A DNA stretch of 54,442 nt from Patescibacteria group bacterium (GCA_030916895.1 JAUPVR010000003.1:1-54442), one strand, 5' to 3'. Positions 10,760 to 20,915 are shown, counted from the first letter of the stretch. Made by a program: numbers and translations. The notes: generated by a model not told the origin, from the letters alone.

Positions 10760-11234
10760 AAAGGTTGTTTTTTTAGATAGAGATGGAGTTATTAACAAGA
10801 AGGCGGACAAACATTGCTATATAACCAAAGAGAAGGATTTTGTTTTTAATGATGGAATTTTTAATGTTTGCTTACATTTGCAAAATAATGGTTTTGAATT
10901 TATCGTGATAACTAATCAGCGAGGTATTGCCAGGGGATTCTACACTGAAACAGATCTTGAAAAAATACACAACATAATGAAAAGGGGGTTTTTAGAAAAA
11001 GGGATTAATCTTCTTGATATCTTTTATTGTCCGCATGAAGAGGGGGTTTGCAATTGTAGAAAGCCAAAACCTGGGATGCTCGAGATGTCGTTTGAGAAGT
11101 ACTGCTTTGATAAAGGTGGAGCAATACTTATTAGCGATACAATGGAAGATGTTAGTATGGGGGAGAGTTTTGGGATAGGTAAAAATATTTATGTTACTTC
11201 AGACAAGCCAGAAGAGGCTCTGTCTTTCGTATGA
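10737..11234 (+). CDS. gmhB: D-glycero-D-manno-heptose 1,7-bisphosphate phosphatase (HAD)
   Basis: FLDRDGVIN, ITNQRGIARG and YCPH...CNCRKPKPGM. Confidence 0.92.
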   Translation: MMKSTKSKKVVFLDRDGVINKKADKHCYITKEKDFVFNDGIFNVCLHLQNNGFEFIVITNQRGIARGFYTETDLEKIHNIMKRGFLEKGINLLDIFYCPHEEGVCNCRKPKPGMLEMSFEKYCFDKGGAILISDTMEDVSMGESFGIGKNIYVTSDKPEEALSFV

Positions 11235-12454
11235 AAAAAATAAAGATAGCTTTTATTAAGTATGGCGGACTTACTTCTGGTGGCAGTGAGAAACTTCTTC
11301 AGATTATAGCGGCAAATTTACCAAAAGATTTATTTGATGTTGATTATTTTTATTGTGATCCGACAGAGTATGTTGGAGCGCAAGCGCCAGACATAAAAAC
11401 AGATTCTCACCGTATAGAATACATGAAAAAGCATGGAGTTAATCTTGTTAGGTTTATTGTTTCTGCAAAAGATGTTACAACACCATACCATACCTGGTTG
11501 GGCACAAATTTTTGGGAAGTGTTTGATCAAAAAAAATATGATGTTATACAAACTTGTAGGGCAGGTCACAAAGAGTACCCATTTTGTAACATAAAAAACA
11601 TACCAATAGTTGATATTATTGCTCTTTCTTCAGGAGCTGATAACCAGTACAACATCGCAAGAGTTGTTCATCTTTCAAAGTGGAGTGCAGATGGATGGGT
11701 CAAAAGAGGGGGAGACGAATATCGTATCACTTTCGGTTCTTTACCGATCGCTATTGGTAAAGAGAGAGAAGAGGTGAAAGACATTAGAGGTGAATATAAA
11801 CTCGAGGGAAAGTTTATTTTTGGTATGCATCAACGCTCAAACAATGATATTTTTTCTGACATACCTCTCGCTGCTTATAAGCAAATTGAAAATGAGAATA
11901 CTATGTTTATTCTTTTGGGGGGAGGGAATTTGTACAAAGACCAAGCAAAAAAACTTAGCATAAAAAATATCCTATTTTTAGAATCAACAGGGGACTCAGA
12001 AAAAGTATTTTCTTTCTTAAAAACACTTAATGTATATTCTCACGGGAGAGCTGATGGGGAGATAAATTCTCAAGCAATTGCTGAAGCCCTTTTTTTTGGC
12101 TTACCAGTAGTGAGTCACTACTCAAAGCAGAACAACGGACATGTTGAAGGTATTGGAGATGCAGGGAGAGTTGTTTCTGGGATTGAGGAATACGCAAAAG
12201 AACTTTCTCGTCTTATGCGTAATGCAGAGTACTACAAATTGAAATCAAATAACGCAATTCGGAATTTTAATGAGAACTACGAACTCTCAAGACAGATAGA
12301 AAAATATACACAGATGTATAGAGATGTGGTTGCAAATCCTTACCCAAATAAAATACCAAGATTACTAAGTTCTTTGCACTATACGCAGAACTTGCGGGTG
12401 CTCGCTGTTTTTGTTTACCTTAAATTTAAATATTATTTTTTGAATAAAAGATAA
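11231..12454 (+). CDS. GT-B fold glycosyltransferase (GT4-like)
   Basis: N-terminal GGSEK motif and a C-terminal GEINSQAIAEALFFGLPVV nucleotide-sugar-binding-like motif. Confidence 0.75.
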   Translation: MKKIKIAFIKYGGLTSGGSEKLLQIIAANLPKDLFDVDYFYCDPTEYVGAQAPDIKTDSHRIEYMKKHGVNLVRFIVSAKDVTTPYHTWLGTNFWEVFDQKKYDVIQTCRAGHKEYPFCNIKNIPIVDIIALSSGADNQYNIARVVHLSKWSADGWVKRGGDEYRITFGSLPIAIGKEREEVKDIRGEYKLEGKFIFGMHQRSNNDIFSDIPLAAYKQIENENTMFILLGGGNLYKDQAKKLSIKNILFLESTGDSEKVFSFLKTLNVYSHGRADGEINSQAIAEALFFGLPVVSHYSKQNNGHVEGIGDAGRVVSGIEEYAKELSRLMRNAEYYKLKSNNAIRNFNENYELSRQIEKYTQMYRDVVANPYPNKIPRLLSSLHYTQNLRVLAVFVYLKFKYYFLNKR

Positions 12455-13176
12455 TTTTTAATCTTTTTTGCAAATCTTACAAAAAGATTAATAAAGAAAT
12501 TTAGTTTCCAAGAAGTTTTTTCAAGCAGGGTATATTGTTTCGTTTTTATTAGATCTTCTGGATGTAAGCGTAGTCCAAAAATTCCGCTCGCGTATCCTGA
12601 GTTTTCCAGATCAAGAAATATAAGTTGCCAGTTTGGTAAATTTTTTCTCCACCAGTCTTTATTTCTGATGTGCCAGAATTTCCAGTGCATGTTCTTATCG
12701 TAATTCTCGCTAAAAAATAGGTTTGACCCGATAGGCATGTCATTGATTCTTTTTAAGAATTCCTCTACGTAGTAGTCTTCTATGTGGCTTAAAACAGCTC
12801 CAGTTGTTACAAAAACTGGCTCTGAAAGATTAAGAGAAACAAGGCCGTCCACCATGTCTTTATTGACGAAGGAAACATTTGTACAGTCATCATTAACCTT
12901 CTTCGCCGCGCTTACCGCCGCGGTTGAAGGTTCTATACCAATAACATGCTTAAAGAGGGGTGCTGTTTTCCTTGTTAGCCACCCAACACCAGAACCGATA
13001 TCGATATGGGTTTCAGGGAGTTTTTTTGAAAGAGTAAATGCTAGTTCGAAACCTGAAGATTTGAACATATTAGAATCCTCTGTTCTTTTGATAACAGCTT
13101 CTTTACTGTAGTACGTATCTTGGTCAAGAACGTAGTCCTTATTGTGCCTTTCGTAACTTTTTAAATCCTTTTTCAT
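12433..13176 (-). CDS. Class I SAM-dependent methyltransferase
   Basis: HIDIGSGVGWLT and VIGIEPS motifs. Its 3' end overlaps the convergent GT by 22 nt. Confidence 0.78.
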   Translation of the reverse strand: MKKDLKSYERHNKDYVLDQDTYYSKEAVIKRTEDSNMFKSSGFELAFTLSKKLPETHIDIGSGVGWLTRKTAPLFKHVIGIEPSTAAVSAAKKVNDDCTNVSFVNKDMVDGLVSLNLSEPVFVTTGAVLSHIEDYYVEEFLKRINDMPIGSNLFFSENYDKNMHWKFWHIRNKDWWRKNLPNWQLIFLDLENSGYASGIFGLRLHPEDLIKTKQYTLLEKTSWKLNFFINLFVRFAKKIKNYLLFKK

Positions 13177-14149
13177 GAATGACTAAATTCACTGTAGTAT
13201 ACCATTTAAAGATGCTATTTTTTACCTTGTTTTTTATATTATTGAGGAAAATGAGCCATGAAGGAAAAGTTTTTATCTTTGTTGGCTTGGTACCAGTTTC
13301 TTGTACGAAGTAGTCACTCAGTTCCTCTATGTGCCAAATGTTGAGTGGCTCAAAAAACGCAGCTCCCCGGAGTTCAAAGAGAGAAAAAATATCTTTGAGT
13401 TTCGTTTCATCATAGGTGGTATATGTTTTCTGGTCTGGCAGGTCTACCCCCTTTTTCCATTCGGGCACCAATTTCTTTGTCTTGGCAGTTTTTGAAAACT
13501 GGGAAACGGAGTACCGATTATTTGTTTTTCGTGGGTCCCATCCTTCATTTAGTTCATTGCACATATAGAGCGCCTGTTTTAGTTCGCATCTTTTTACTGC
13601 CAAAGACTGAAGGTGAAGAATCGGCAAAGAAAGTTCTCTTACATTTTTGATATTGGGTATTCTGTTGATGTGTTCGTTCGTTATTCGGTTCCTGTTGTAG
13701 TCAACAATCCTGTCATCGAAAAAAGCAAAGTGTTTATAATTGTTTTTCCAAACACCATCAATGCGATACGAATTATCATCGTAGTATAATTGCAACCATT
13801 CGGTTGAAAACGCGATAGCAGACGAGGGTTTTTCTTTTTCAATAATTGATTTTATTTCCAAAACAAAATCTGGATTGATAAATTCATCAGCATCGAGTTG
13901 TACAATGAGATTATTTCCGGGAATTTTTCTTGCTTCATCAAGAAGTAAGAAGCGAACTTCATTGGTGTAGCCATTGTATGGGTTGTCAATGACAGTTACT
14001 TTTTCGAACTTCGAACAGATTTCTTTTGTGTTGTCTACTGATTTTTGGTCGGCTACGATAACGTGGTCTGCAAAATCAGAAAAATTCTTGAGCGTGTATG
14101 GCAATATCCAGGCTTCATTTTTTATGGGTGCGATAACAATGGTTTTCAT
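13139..14149 (-). CDS. Glycosyltransferase family 2-like protein
   Basis: APIKNEAWIL, VADQKSVDNT and the DxD motif QLDADE. Confidence 0.8.
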   Translation of the reverse strand: MKTIVIAPIKNEAWILPYTLKNFSDFADHVIVADQKSVDNTKEICSKFEKVTVIDNPYNGYTNEVRFLLLDEARKIPGNNLIVQLDADEFINPDFVLEIKSIIEKEKPSSAIAFSTEWLQLYYDDNSYRIDGVWKNNYKHFAFFDDRIVDYNRNRITNEHINRIPNIKNVRELSLPILHLQSLAVKRCELKQALYMCNELNEGWDPRKTNNRYSVSQFSKTAKTKKLVPEWKKGVDLPDQKTYTTYDETKLKDIFSLFELRGAAFFEPLNIWHIEELSDYFVQETGTKPTKIKTFPSWLIFLNNIKNKVKNSIFKWYTTVNLVIHEKGFKKLRKAQ

Positions 14150-15444
14150 AATTTGTGTACTTTAAATTTCATTACCATTACAAAAAGAAGGGGAATAATA
14201 TTATAGCTGATTACCGTTGCAAGCGCAGCCCCGAGAGCTCCTTTTAGTGGGATGAGATACATATTTAATACAACATTTAATAGTGCTGTTGAAAGGGGAA
14301 TAAACAATAGTGCCCACTTCTTATTTTTTAAAATTAGATCTTGAGAAATTAGTAATGATATGAAAAATCCAATAATTGAAAATATATATACTCCAAGAAG
14401 CGGAGAAGTTGCTAAGAATTCAGTTCCATAGACTACGCGTATGAGAAAATCCCTTGTAAAGAAAACAGTTATTGAGATTGTTACAGCAAGGAGGGATAGG
14501 ACTATGAGTAAAGAATTAAATCGTTTTTTATATTCTTGTACGTCATGTTTTGCGTTCGCTAGTGCCGGGAAAAGTGCCCCAAGAATGATATTTGGTACCA
14601 TATACCATATTTCGGTTAGCCTTACCCCAGCAGCGTAGAGACCAACCGCTTTTATATCGAGGTAGTGTTTAAGCATAATCTGGTCGATTCGTGCATAAAT
14701 TTCTGAGAATACACTAAATAAAGCAAGTGGAAGACCAAAAGAGAAAAGCAAAAAAACTTCTTCTTTTTTAATTTTTAGACGAATACTTCTTTTTTTAATG
14801 TTCACTATTTGGTAGATATAAAGAGCTCCAGCGATTATGTTTTCTAAGATGAGAACAATAATAAAGTACGCGATCGATGCAAAATAATACATAAGAACAA
14901 TCTTAAACACACTTGAAATGAAAGAAGTAATTATTTGTGTAATAGTTACATACTTACCGTCACTGTCTTTTAGGAAGTCAAACGAGAGGTGTGTAAGGGG
15001 TTGTGTAAGAAATGAAAGTGACATTAATATAATTAATATCTCTATTTCTCTACTTTCCTGTATATATAAAAGACTTACAAAAACCGTAGCCATTGCAACA
15101 AGTCCGGCTACAATATTTAAAAAAATAGCACTTCCAAGAATTTCTTCTCTATTTTCCTTTCTTAAAACAAGCTCTTTGTAGATAATGCTTCCAAGGCCGA
15201 GATTTGCAATGACGGAAAAAATCCCAACGATACTGATTATGTAGTTAAGTGTTCCGAAAATTTCTGGACCAAGGATGCGAGCAATAACTACTGTTGTAAG
15301 GAGGGAAAGTGCAAGACTAAAGAATTTTGCAATAGTAAACCACTGGATATTATTTACATACGTAATGAAACCGCTCTCATTAAAATATCCTCCAAATATT
15401 TTTTTAAAGATTGTATGACTAAATTTTGAAAAAATTTCTAACAT
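14146..15444 (-). CDS. wzx: Oligosaccharide flippase (Wzx, MOP superfamily)
   Basis: Many hydrophobic helices, with IARILGPEIFG, IYARIDQIML and VGLYAAGVRL motifs. Confidence 0.9.
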   Translation of the reverse strand: MLEIFSKFSHTIFKKIFGGYFNESGFITYVNNIQWFTIAKFFSLALSLLTTVVIARILGPEIFGTLNYIISIVGIFSVIANLGLGSIIYKELVLRKENREEILGSAIFLNIVAGLVAMATVFVSLLYIQESREIEILIILMSLSFLTQPLTHLSFDFLKDSDGKYVTITQIITSFISSVFKIVLMYYFASIAYFIIVLILENIIAGALYIYQIVNIKKRSIRLKIKKEEVFLLFSFGLPLALFSVFSEIYARIDQIMLKHYLDIKAVGLYAAGVRLTEIWYMVPNIILGALFPALANAKHDVQEYKKRFNSLLIVLSLLAVTISITVFFTRDFLIRVVYGTEFLATSPLLGVYIFSIIGFFISLLISQDLILKNKKWALLFIPLSTALLNVVLNMYLIPLKGALGAALATVISYNIIPLLFVMVMKFKVHKL

Positions 15445-15448
15445 ACGA

Positions 15449-16381
15449 TTATTTTTTCAAAAGTATCTTTTTAAGATTATTTTTTAAAAAAAGTTTTACT
15501 TCTTGATATTTGAAAAATCTTGATAGCGCAGATGCATACAATGATTTTTTAAAATGCTTGGTATTTGTAGTTAGTATTTCTGCGTAATTTGGAACAAATG
15601 ATGAAACAGGATATTTCCCCCCAAAACTTATAATTGTCGGGATGGAGTAGGTAACTATCTTTGGGATGAAAGATAGATTTACAATATCAAAAATACCATA
15701 ACGAAGGAGGATGATATTTTTATCGAGGGCTTGTTTGGAATCTGGTCGCGTACTGGCACCCTTGCCTTCATTCAAGTAATAACCAAGTAAATCATCTGCC
15801 ATGACAACTTTTCCATTATAGGCAAGACGAATTGATAGATCGAAATCAGCGCCTGATGTTAATTGTTCATCGAAGTATCCAGCCTTTTCACAGAGATCTT
15901 TCTTAAACATTATAAAAGGACCTGTCCACATGGACCGCACATGCTCGCTTTCTTTTACCTGGCTGTGGTCTATAATTTTACCTTTTTCTTTTTCACCAAA
16001 ACTGCGTACAACCTTGTAGTTACCCATAACAATATCCCCATTTTTTTCTTGAATGGCTCGTACTTGAGATTCTATAGAATTTGGTGTGCGAAGATCATCT
16101 ACATTCCAAATGGTAAGGAGTTCTCCAGAAGATTCTTTTATGCACCTATTCATAGATGCGCCAATTACCTCTACGGGGTTTACAATGACATGTTTTATTT
16201 TCCCAGGGTGTTTTTCTTGAAATGCTTTTACCCAGGCAATCTCCTCGTCATCTGGTTCGTTGTGGTCGAGCACCACTTCTAAATTTTCAAAGTAGGTCTG
16301 ATTGGGCAACTCTTCCAAAAATTTTGGAAGGTACTTCTTCATTCTGAAACAGGGGGTAATAGTGCTAACTTTTGGATTCAT
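15449..16381 (-). CDS. Glycosyltransferase family 2
   Basis: VSTITPCF, WNVDD and SGADFDLSIRL motifs. Confidence 0.85.
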   Translation of the reverse strand: MNPKVSTITPCFRMKKYLPKFLEELPNQTYFENLEVVLDHNEPDDEEIAWVKAFQEKHPGKIKHVIVNPVEVIGASMNRCIKESSGELLTIWNVDDLRTPNSIESQVRAIQEKNGDIVMGNYKVVRSFGEKEKGKIIDHSQVKESEHVRSMWTGPFIMFKKDLCEKAGYFDEQLTSGADFDLSIRLAYNGKVVMADDLLGYYLNEGKGASTRPDSKQALDKNIILLRYGIFDIVNLSFIPKIVTYSIPTIISFGGKYPVSSFVPNYAEILTTNTKHFKKSLYASALSRFFKYQEVKLFLKNNLKKILLKK

Positions 16382-16383
16382 TG

Positions 16384-17229
16384 TTATTTGATTAATTTAT
16401 CTTCGCGCATTTTTTCTACAATTTTTGCAATGCCATCAGGCAATTCAGTTTTTGGTTTCCAGTACGATAAGATGAAATCATCTGGTTCATTTCGCTTGTT
16501 CTTTTGAACTTCATCTTTTGAGTTTGTCTTTGGTATGACGACCGAACCTGGAAAATGTGAAGCGATGATATCTGCAACTTCAAGAACAGTGTTCCATGTG
16601 AAGTTAGTGATATGAAGTTCTTTATCTCGTGGAACATCTTCATATTTTTCCGCAAGCGCAACGAGTGCTTCACAACAGTCATCCGCGTATAAGAATTGTC
16701 TCTCTTCGGTACCATCGGTTAATAAATCTATTGTTCCGGTTTTATCGGCTTTTATAATAAGATCGGTGATGACATGTGATTTTTCCATGTCATGTTCAAC
16801 ACCGTAAACATTCCAAAATTTTACAACAAGACCTCCTAAGATTTGTGTATATGATTCGCCAACAGACTTCATTCTCCCGTAACTTGAATAAGACATGTTT
16901 GCCATTTGACTTGATGCAAAAATAAACGGTTTGTTGTATTTATGGATTAGGTCAAAGGTGGTATTAATAATTTTTGTATTATTTGATATGAAATCAAATG
17001 TTTGTTGGTACATTTGTAGGTATCGTGATCCACCAACATCAAAGGCCAAGAAGAAGACGAGATCAGATTGGGAGATGAGTGTTTCTAGGAGCGGATTATT
17101 GTAAACACGGAGATCTTGTTCGTAACTGTTTACAATATCAAATTCTAAAACATCGTCTCCTCGTTTTTTGAGGTATTCCGTAAGAGCTGAACCAATTTGA
17201 CCTTCTGACCCCAAAACGAGATATTTCAT
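16384..17229 (-). CDS. NAD-dependent epimerase/dehydratase (extended SDR)
   Basis: LVLGSEGQIG Rossmann motif, YxxxK (YGRMK) and RQFLYADD. Confidence 0.85.
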   Translation of the reverse strand: MKYLVLGSEGQIGSALTEYLKKRGDDVLEFDIVNSYEQDLRVYNNPLLETLISQSDLVFFLAFDVGGSRYLQMYQQTFDFISNNTKIINTTFDLIHKYNKPFIFASSQMANMSYSSYGRMKSVGESYTQILGGLVVKFWNVYGVEHDMEKSHVITDLIIKADKTGTIDLLTDGTEERQFLYADDCCEALVALAEKYEDVPRDKELHITNFTWNTVLEVADIIASHFPGSVVIPKTNSKDEVQKNKRNEPDDFILSYWKPKTELPDGIAKIVEKMREDKLIK

Positions 17230-17317
17230 AAGTGTTTGACTAATTAAATGACTGTTATAGTATAGATTTTAGCATAGCGCACAGTTTTTTCTAAGCACTA
17301 TTTTTAATCAAAAAAAC

Positions 17318-18067
17318 TTAATTTTTGATGAACCAAAAGCAACCACAGCCATAGTTTTGTTTATTTGCCATTTCTTCGGTTGCGTTGTACTGCATGCCTT
17401 TAGAGAGAGCGTCATCAGGGATAAGAGAAAATTCTTTTATTGAAAAATCAGGGAACATTTCTTTGACCATGTTGTAGGAGTAAATTCTGTGTGCATTGAA
17501 TTCTATTTTTGGTTTTCCAATTGGGACAACAAAAAGTAAGTTACCACCTTTTTTGGTTACTCTAGAAAGTTCTGCAACTGCTTTTAGATCTCCATTTGGG
17601 TCTAGTGGATCGCCATACCTACCAAGACCAACATGCTCAACGGTGTGCATACAAGAAAGGGAGTCGATAGAGTTTGATGGGAATTGTAATTTGAGAAGAT
17701 CTGCGTGTTCAGACACAAGATTTGAAAGATTTAATTTTGCTGGTCGGTAATCATAGAATTTTACTGGAACAAACGCAGAAACGATAGAAGAAAAATATAA
17801 ACTCGATGAAATATCAATATGTAGTTGTGCGTTAATCTCTTTTACTTTTCGAGCGGCCCAGGCGGTATGGTAAACGTAATGGGTGTCGAACCTTGTATAG
17901 GGAATGTTTTCAAACAGGCATGGCATGATGTCTAGGGGTGAGACTTTGAACCGTTTGGATTTATTTTTTAAAAAAAAGACAAAAAAAGATCTAGCAATAA
18001 AAGGAAACAATAAATACCCCTTTATTTTGTAGATAGTTCTTTTTATTGTTCTTAAAAATTCAAACAT
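17318..18067 (-). CDS. DUF268-type methyltransferase-like protein
   Basis: FYDYRP and DSLSCMHTVEHVGLGRYGDPLDP motifs. An alternative start exists at 18097. Confidence 0.75.
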   Translation of the reverse strand: MFEFLRTIKRTIYKIKGYLLFPFIARSFFVFFLKNKSKRFKVSPLDIMPCLFENIPYTRFDTHYVYHTAWAARKVKEINAQLHIDISSSLYFSSIVSAFVPVKFYDYRPAKLNLSNLVSEHADLLKLQFPSNSIDSLSCMHTVEHVGLGRYGDPLDPNGDLKAVAELSRVTKKGGNLLFVVPIGKPKIEFNAHRIYSYNMVKEMFPDFSIKEFSLIPDDALSKGMQYNATEEMANKQNYGCGCFWFIKN

Positions 18068-18243
18068 ACAGATGTGTACAAAAAGTCTACCATACAAAAT
18101 AAAAGTTTCTCTTCAGATTTTTTTTGAGAAATATTTACTCTTTTCATAATTTGTGGTAGTGTCCAAAGTAGAGCTGAATCAACCTTGATTTTTTAGGTTT
18201 TCGGCATCATTGCCAGCATTATTCACTCAAAGGAGAAACAAAC

Positions 18244-19257
18244 ATGCAACAAAAAACTGCGCTCGTTCTCGGTGCCGGCGGATTCATTGGGAGCCACATG
18301 GTTTCCCGCCTGAAGAAGGAGGGGTACTGGGTTCGTGGCATCGACCTCAAGTATCCCGAGTTTTCGCCGACAACGGCGGATAACTTTCAGGTCTTTGACC
18401 TGCGGAACCATAACGGACTGAACCAGATGATGTCGATCGGCGGTCGCGAGACCTTCGACGAGATCTACCAGTTCGCGGCCGACATGGGTGGTGCCGGTTT
18501 CGTTTTTTCCGGCGAGAATGATGCGGACATCATGCACAATTCCGCACTCATCAACCTAAACGTCCTCGAGGTCCAGCTTCGGCTGAACAAGACCCTCGGG
18601 GTGAACAAGACCAAGATCTTCTACAGCAGTTCGGCGTGCATGTACCCGGAGTACAACCAGACCGATCCGGACAATCCGAACTGCCGGGAAGATTCCGCTT
18701 ATCCGGCAAATCCTGACAGCGAGTACGGCTGGGAGAAGCTCTTCTCGGAGCACCTGTACCTGGCGTACAACCGCAACTACGGCATTCCGGTTGCGATTGC
18801 GCGCTACCACAACATCTTCGGCCCCGAAGGGACCTGGATGGGGGGTCGCGAGAAGGCACCTGCCGCGATGTGCCGCAAGGTGGCGGAAGCGTCTTCGGGG
18901 GACACGATCGAGGTTTGGGGGGACGGCAAGCAGACGCGATCCTTCCTGTACATCGACGAGTGTCTCGAGGCGACGCGTCGCTTGGTGATGTCGCAAGACT
19001 TTTTCGGTCCGGTGAACATCGGGTCGGAAGAGATGGTGACCATCAATGGCCTGGTTGACATGGTGGCGGACATCGCCGGCAAGGAGATCAAGGTCAAGCA
19101 CATCGACGGCCCGCTTGGCGTTCGCGGTCGCAACTCGGACAACTCCCTTTACCGGGAGAACATCGGGTGGGCGGTTTCCGCTCCGCTTCGGGATGGCATC
19201 GAAAAGACCTACTCCTGGGTGAGCGAGCAGGTTCGCTTGGCCAAGGACAGCAATTAA
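18244..19257 (+). CDS. GDP-mannose 3,5-epimerase-like extended SDR, GC-rich
   Basis: LGAGGFIGSH, QFAADMGGAGF, YSSSACMYP, YGWEK and TWMGGREKAPAAMCRK match the GME signature. SD AAGGAG at 18230-18235. Confidence 0.88.
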   Translation: MQQKTALVLGAGGFIGSHMVSRLKKEGYWVRGIDLKYPEFSPTTADNFQVFDLRNHNGLNQMMSIGGRETFDEIYQFAADMGGAGFVFSGENDADIMHNSALINLNVLEVQLRLNKTLGVNKTKIFYSSSACMYPEYNQTDPDNPNCREDSAYPANPDSEYGWEKLFSEHLYLAYNRNYGIPVAIARYHNIFGPEGTWMGGREKAPAAMCRKVAEASSGDTIEVWGDGKQTRSFLYIDECLEATRRLVMSQDFFGPVNIGSEEMVTINGLVDMVADIAGKEIKVKHIDGPLGVRGRNSDNSLYRENIGWAVSAPLRDGIEKTYSWVSEQVRLAKDSN

Positions 19258-19284
19258 TTTTGGGCAGAGAGATCTGCCCTGTGC

Positions 19285-19332
19285 GGGGCATCCTCGAACT
19301 TCTACAGTTCTTGGGTGCTCTTTCTTTTTTAT
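19285..19332 (+). terminator. Probable intrinsic terminator after the GC-rich epimerase
   Basis: An interrupted stem GGGCATCC..GAAC/GTTC..GGGTGCTC followed by a T-rich tract. A second hairpin, GGGCAGA-GAGA-TCTGCCC, lies just upstream. Confidence 0.5.
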
Positions 19333-20099
19333 TTCACAAACGCGCGGATAAGTCGAAGTATTATGTAGGCGAGAAATGTTGGGTGAACATATAGTCCACG
19401 AGAAGTACCCTCTTTAAAGAGTGACCATAAAGTTTTTAATTGTTCGACAGTATTTCTTTTTCGGTAGTTTAGTCCGTTATCTGTATAACCATCAGTGAGC
19501 GTTGCGTTCCAATTTGTGTAAAAGAATCCTGTGGTTGTACTTAATTCATAAAAGAAGAGCCACTCGTCACCTTGGGGGACTGTTTTTGGGAAATAAGTGT
19601 TTTTAATATTATTTTTTCGTATACAGTGAGTTGCGTCGCCTTTGTATTTTTTTGTTAATAAAAAATGAAGAGCATAGTTTTTGTTACTGCCCTCTTTATT
19701 AATTTTTGTAAGTGATTGTCCGTCTTTCGTTGCACGGTTTGCAACAAACCAAGTTTCTTGTTTGTGGGCATTAATAAGTGATGCAAACATACTAAGTGCG
19801 CCAGGAGCAAGATAATCATCGTCGTCAAGAAAAATAATCCAAGAGTTTTCTTTTGCATGGTCAAGTGCACGGTTGCGAGAAAAGTTTACACCTTGGTTTT
19901 TTTCGTTGGTAAGGTAAACGATATGAGGGTTGTTGGTGTACTTTTCTTCAAATGATGTGTATGAGTCATCAGATGGTGAATCATGTACGATAATACATGT
20001 GGCATGTTCGTAGCTTTGTGAAAGCACAGAATCAACTGCACGCTGTACCTTGCCGGCTCGTTTATAGGTTGGGATGATAATAAAGAAATGTGGTTCCAT
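19329..20099 (-). CDS. Glycosyltransferase family 2
   Basis: IIIPTYKR and the DxD-like motif IFLDDDD. Confidence 0.88.
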   Translation of the reverse strand: MEPHFFIIIPTYKRAGKVQRAVDSVLSQSYEHATCIIVHDSPSDDSYTSFEEKYTNNPHIVYLTNEKNQGVNFSRNRALDHAKENSWIIFLDDDDYLAPGALSMFASLINAHKQETWFVANRATKDGQSLTKINKEGSNKNYALHFLLTKKYKGDATHCIRKNNIKNTYFPKTVPQGDEWLFFYELSTTTGFFYTNWNATLTDGYTDNGLNYRKRNTVEQLKTLWSLFKEGTSRGLYVHPTFLAYIILRLIRAFVK

Positions 20100-20103
20100 G
20101 GTT

Positions 20104-20820
20104 TTATGAAAGGCGAAGGATTTTTTTGATCACCTTTTTTATTCCAAGGTGGGTGAGAACTTTTTTTAGTGCGTGGTAAAGAGGGAATTTATTTGCAAGG
20201 CGTAAGAGTGGATTGCCCCATGAATAATTCCACAAATGAACTCCGTATGTTTCTGGTGAGAGTGTTTCCTTGCTGTAGGTTCCAATAGTTTCTTGTGTGT
20301 ATGGATAGAAAGCTACAGGTGGGCAAACTTTTACATTCTGCAAATCTTTTTTCATTGTTTCGTAGACGCCCGTGATAAGGAGAGGGATTGTTGGTGGTGT
20401 ACCATCCATGGTGTCGTAGCGTCGTCTACATTCTTCAATGTAAGGATGATTTGGAGTTGCACCAACCATACCCGCACTTATGATACCTTTCTTTTCTTCA
20501 CCCAAGAGAAGGTTTGTTTCAAGGAGAGGAGAAATATCTTTCAAGATTTCCATGTCGGTATCGAGATAGATGCCTCCGTATTTAGAAAGAATTTCTAAAC
20601 GAGCATAGTCTGAAACGAAAGCCCATTTTTTTTCTTTGTACATACGCGCCGTAAACGGATGGGCATGCACATCGTAGTTCGACTCATTCCATTCTTTGAT
20701 GGAAAAATCTGGCAGGTGTTTTGCCCAACTTGTAATGCAAGATTCGATGAGGGGTGGTTTTGGTTTCCCTCCGAACCAGCAAAAGTGAATGATTTTCGGT
20801 ATCGTCGCTTCAGGTTCCAT
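20104..20820 (-). CDS. Glycosyltransferase family 32 (DxD sugar-binding)
   Basis: IPKIIHFCWFGG and AFVSDYARL...GGIYLDTD. Confidence 0.9.
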   Translation of the reverse strand: MEPEATIPKIIHFCWFGGKPKPPLIESCITSWAKHLPDFSIKEWNESNYDVHAHPFTARMYKEKKWAFVSDYARLEILSKYGGIYLDTDMEILKDISPLLETNLLLGEEKKGIISAGMVGATPNHPYIEECRRRYDTMDGTPPTIPLLITGVYETMKKDLQNVKVCPPVAFYPYTQETIGTYSKETLSPETYGVHLWNYSWGNPLLRLANKFPLYHALKKVLTHLGIKKVIKKILRLS

Positions 20821-20915
20821 AGGGTTAGATAGTGTGTATCTGAAAGTATACCATTTTGGTTTGATTTGCCTGGTGTCGTGATATACTTTTACGAATTAGT
20901 TAAAGAACAACATTT

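Noticed and set aside
19258-19330. Integron attC site after the GC-rich gene
   Set aside because: The hairpins lack RYYYAAC/GTTRRRY core sites, and no integrase is present.
18223-19394. Many long alternative-frame and antisense ORFs over the GC-rich epimerase
   Set aside because: High GC suppresses stop codons. Only 18244-19257 has enzyme motifs and an SD.
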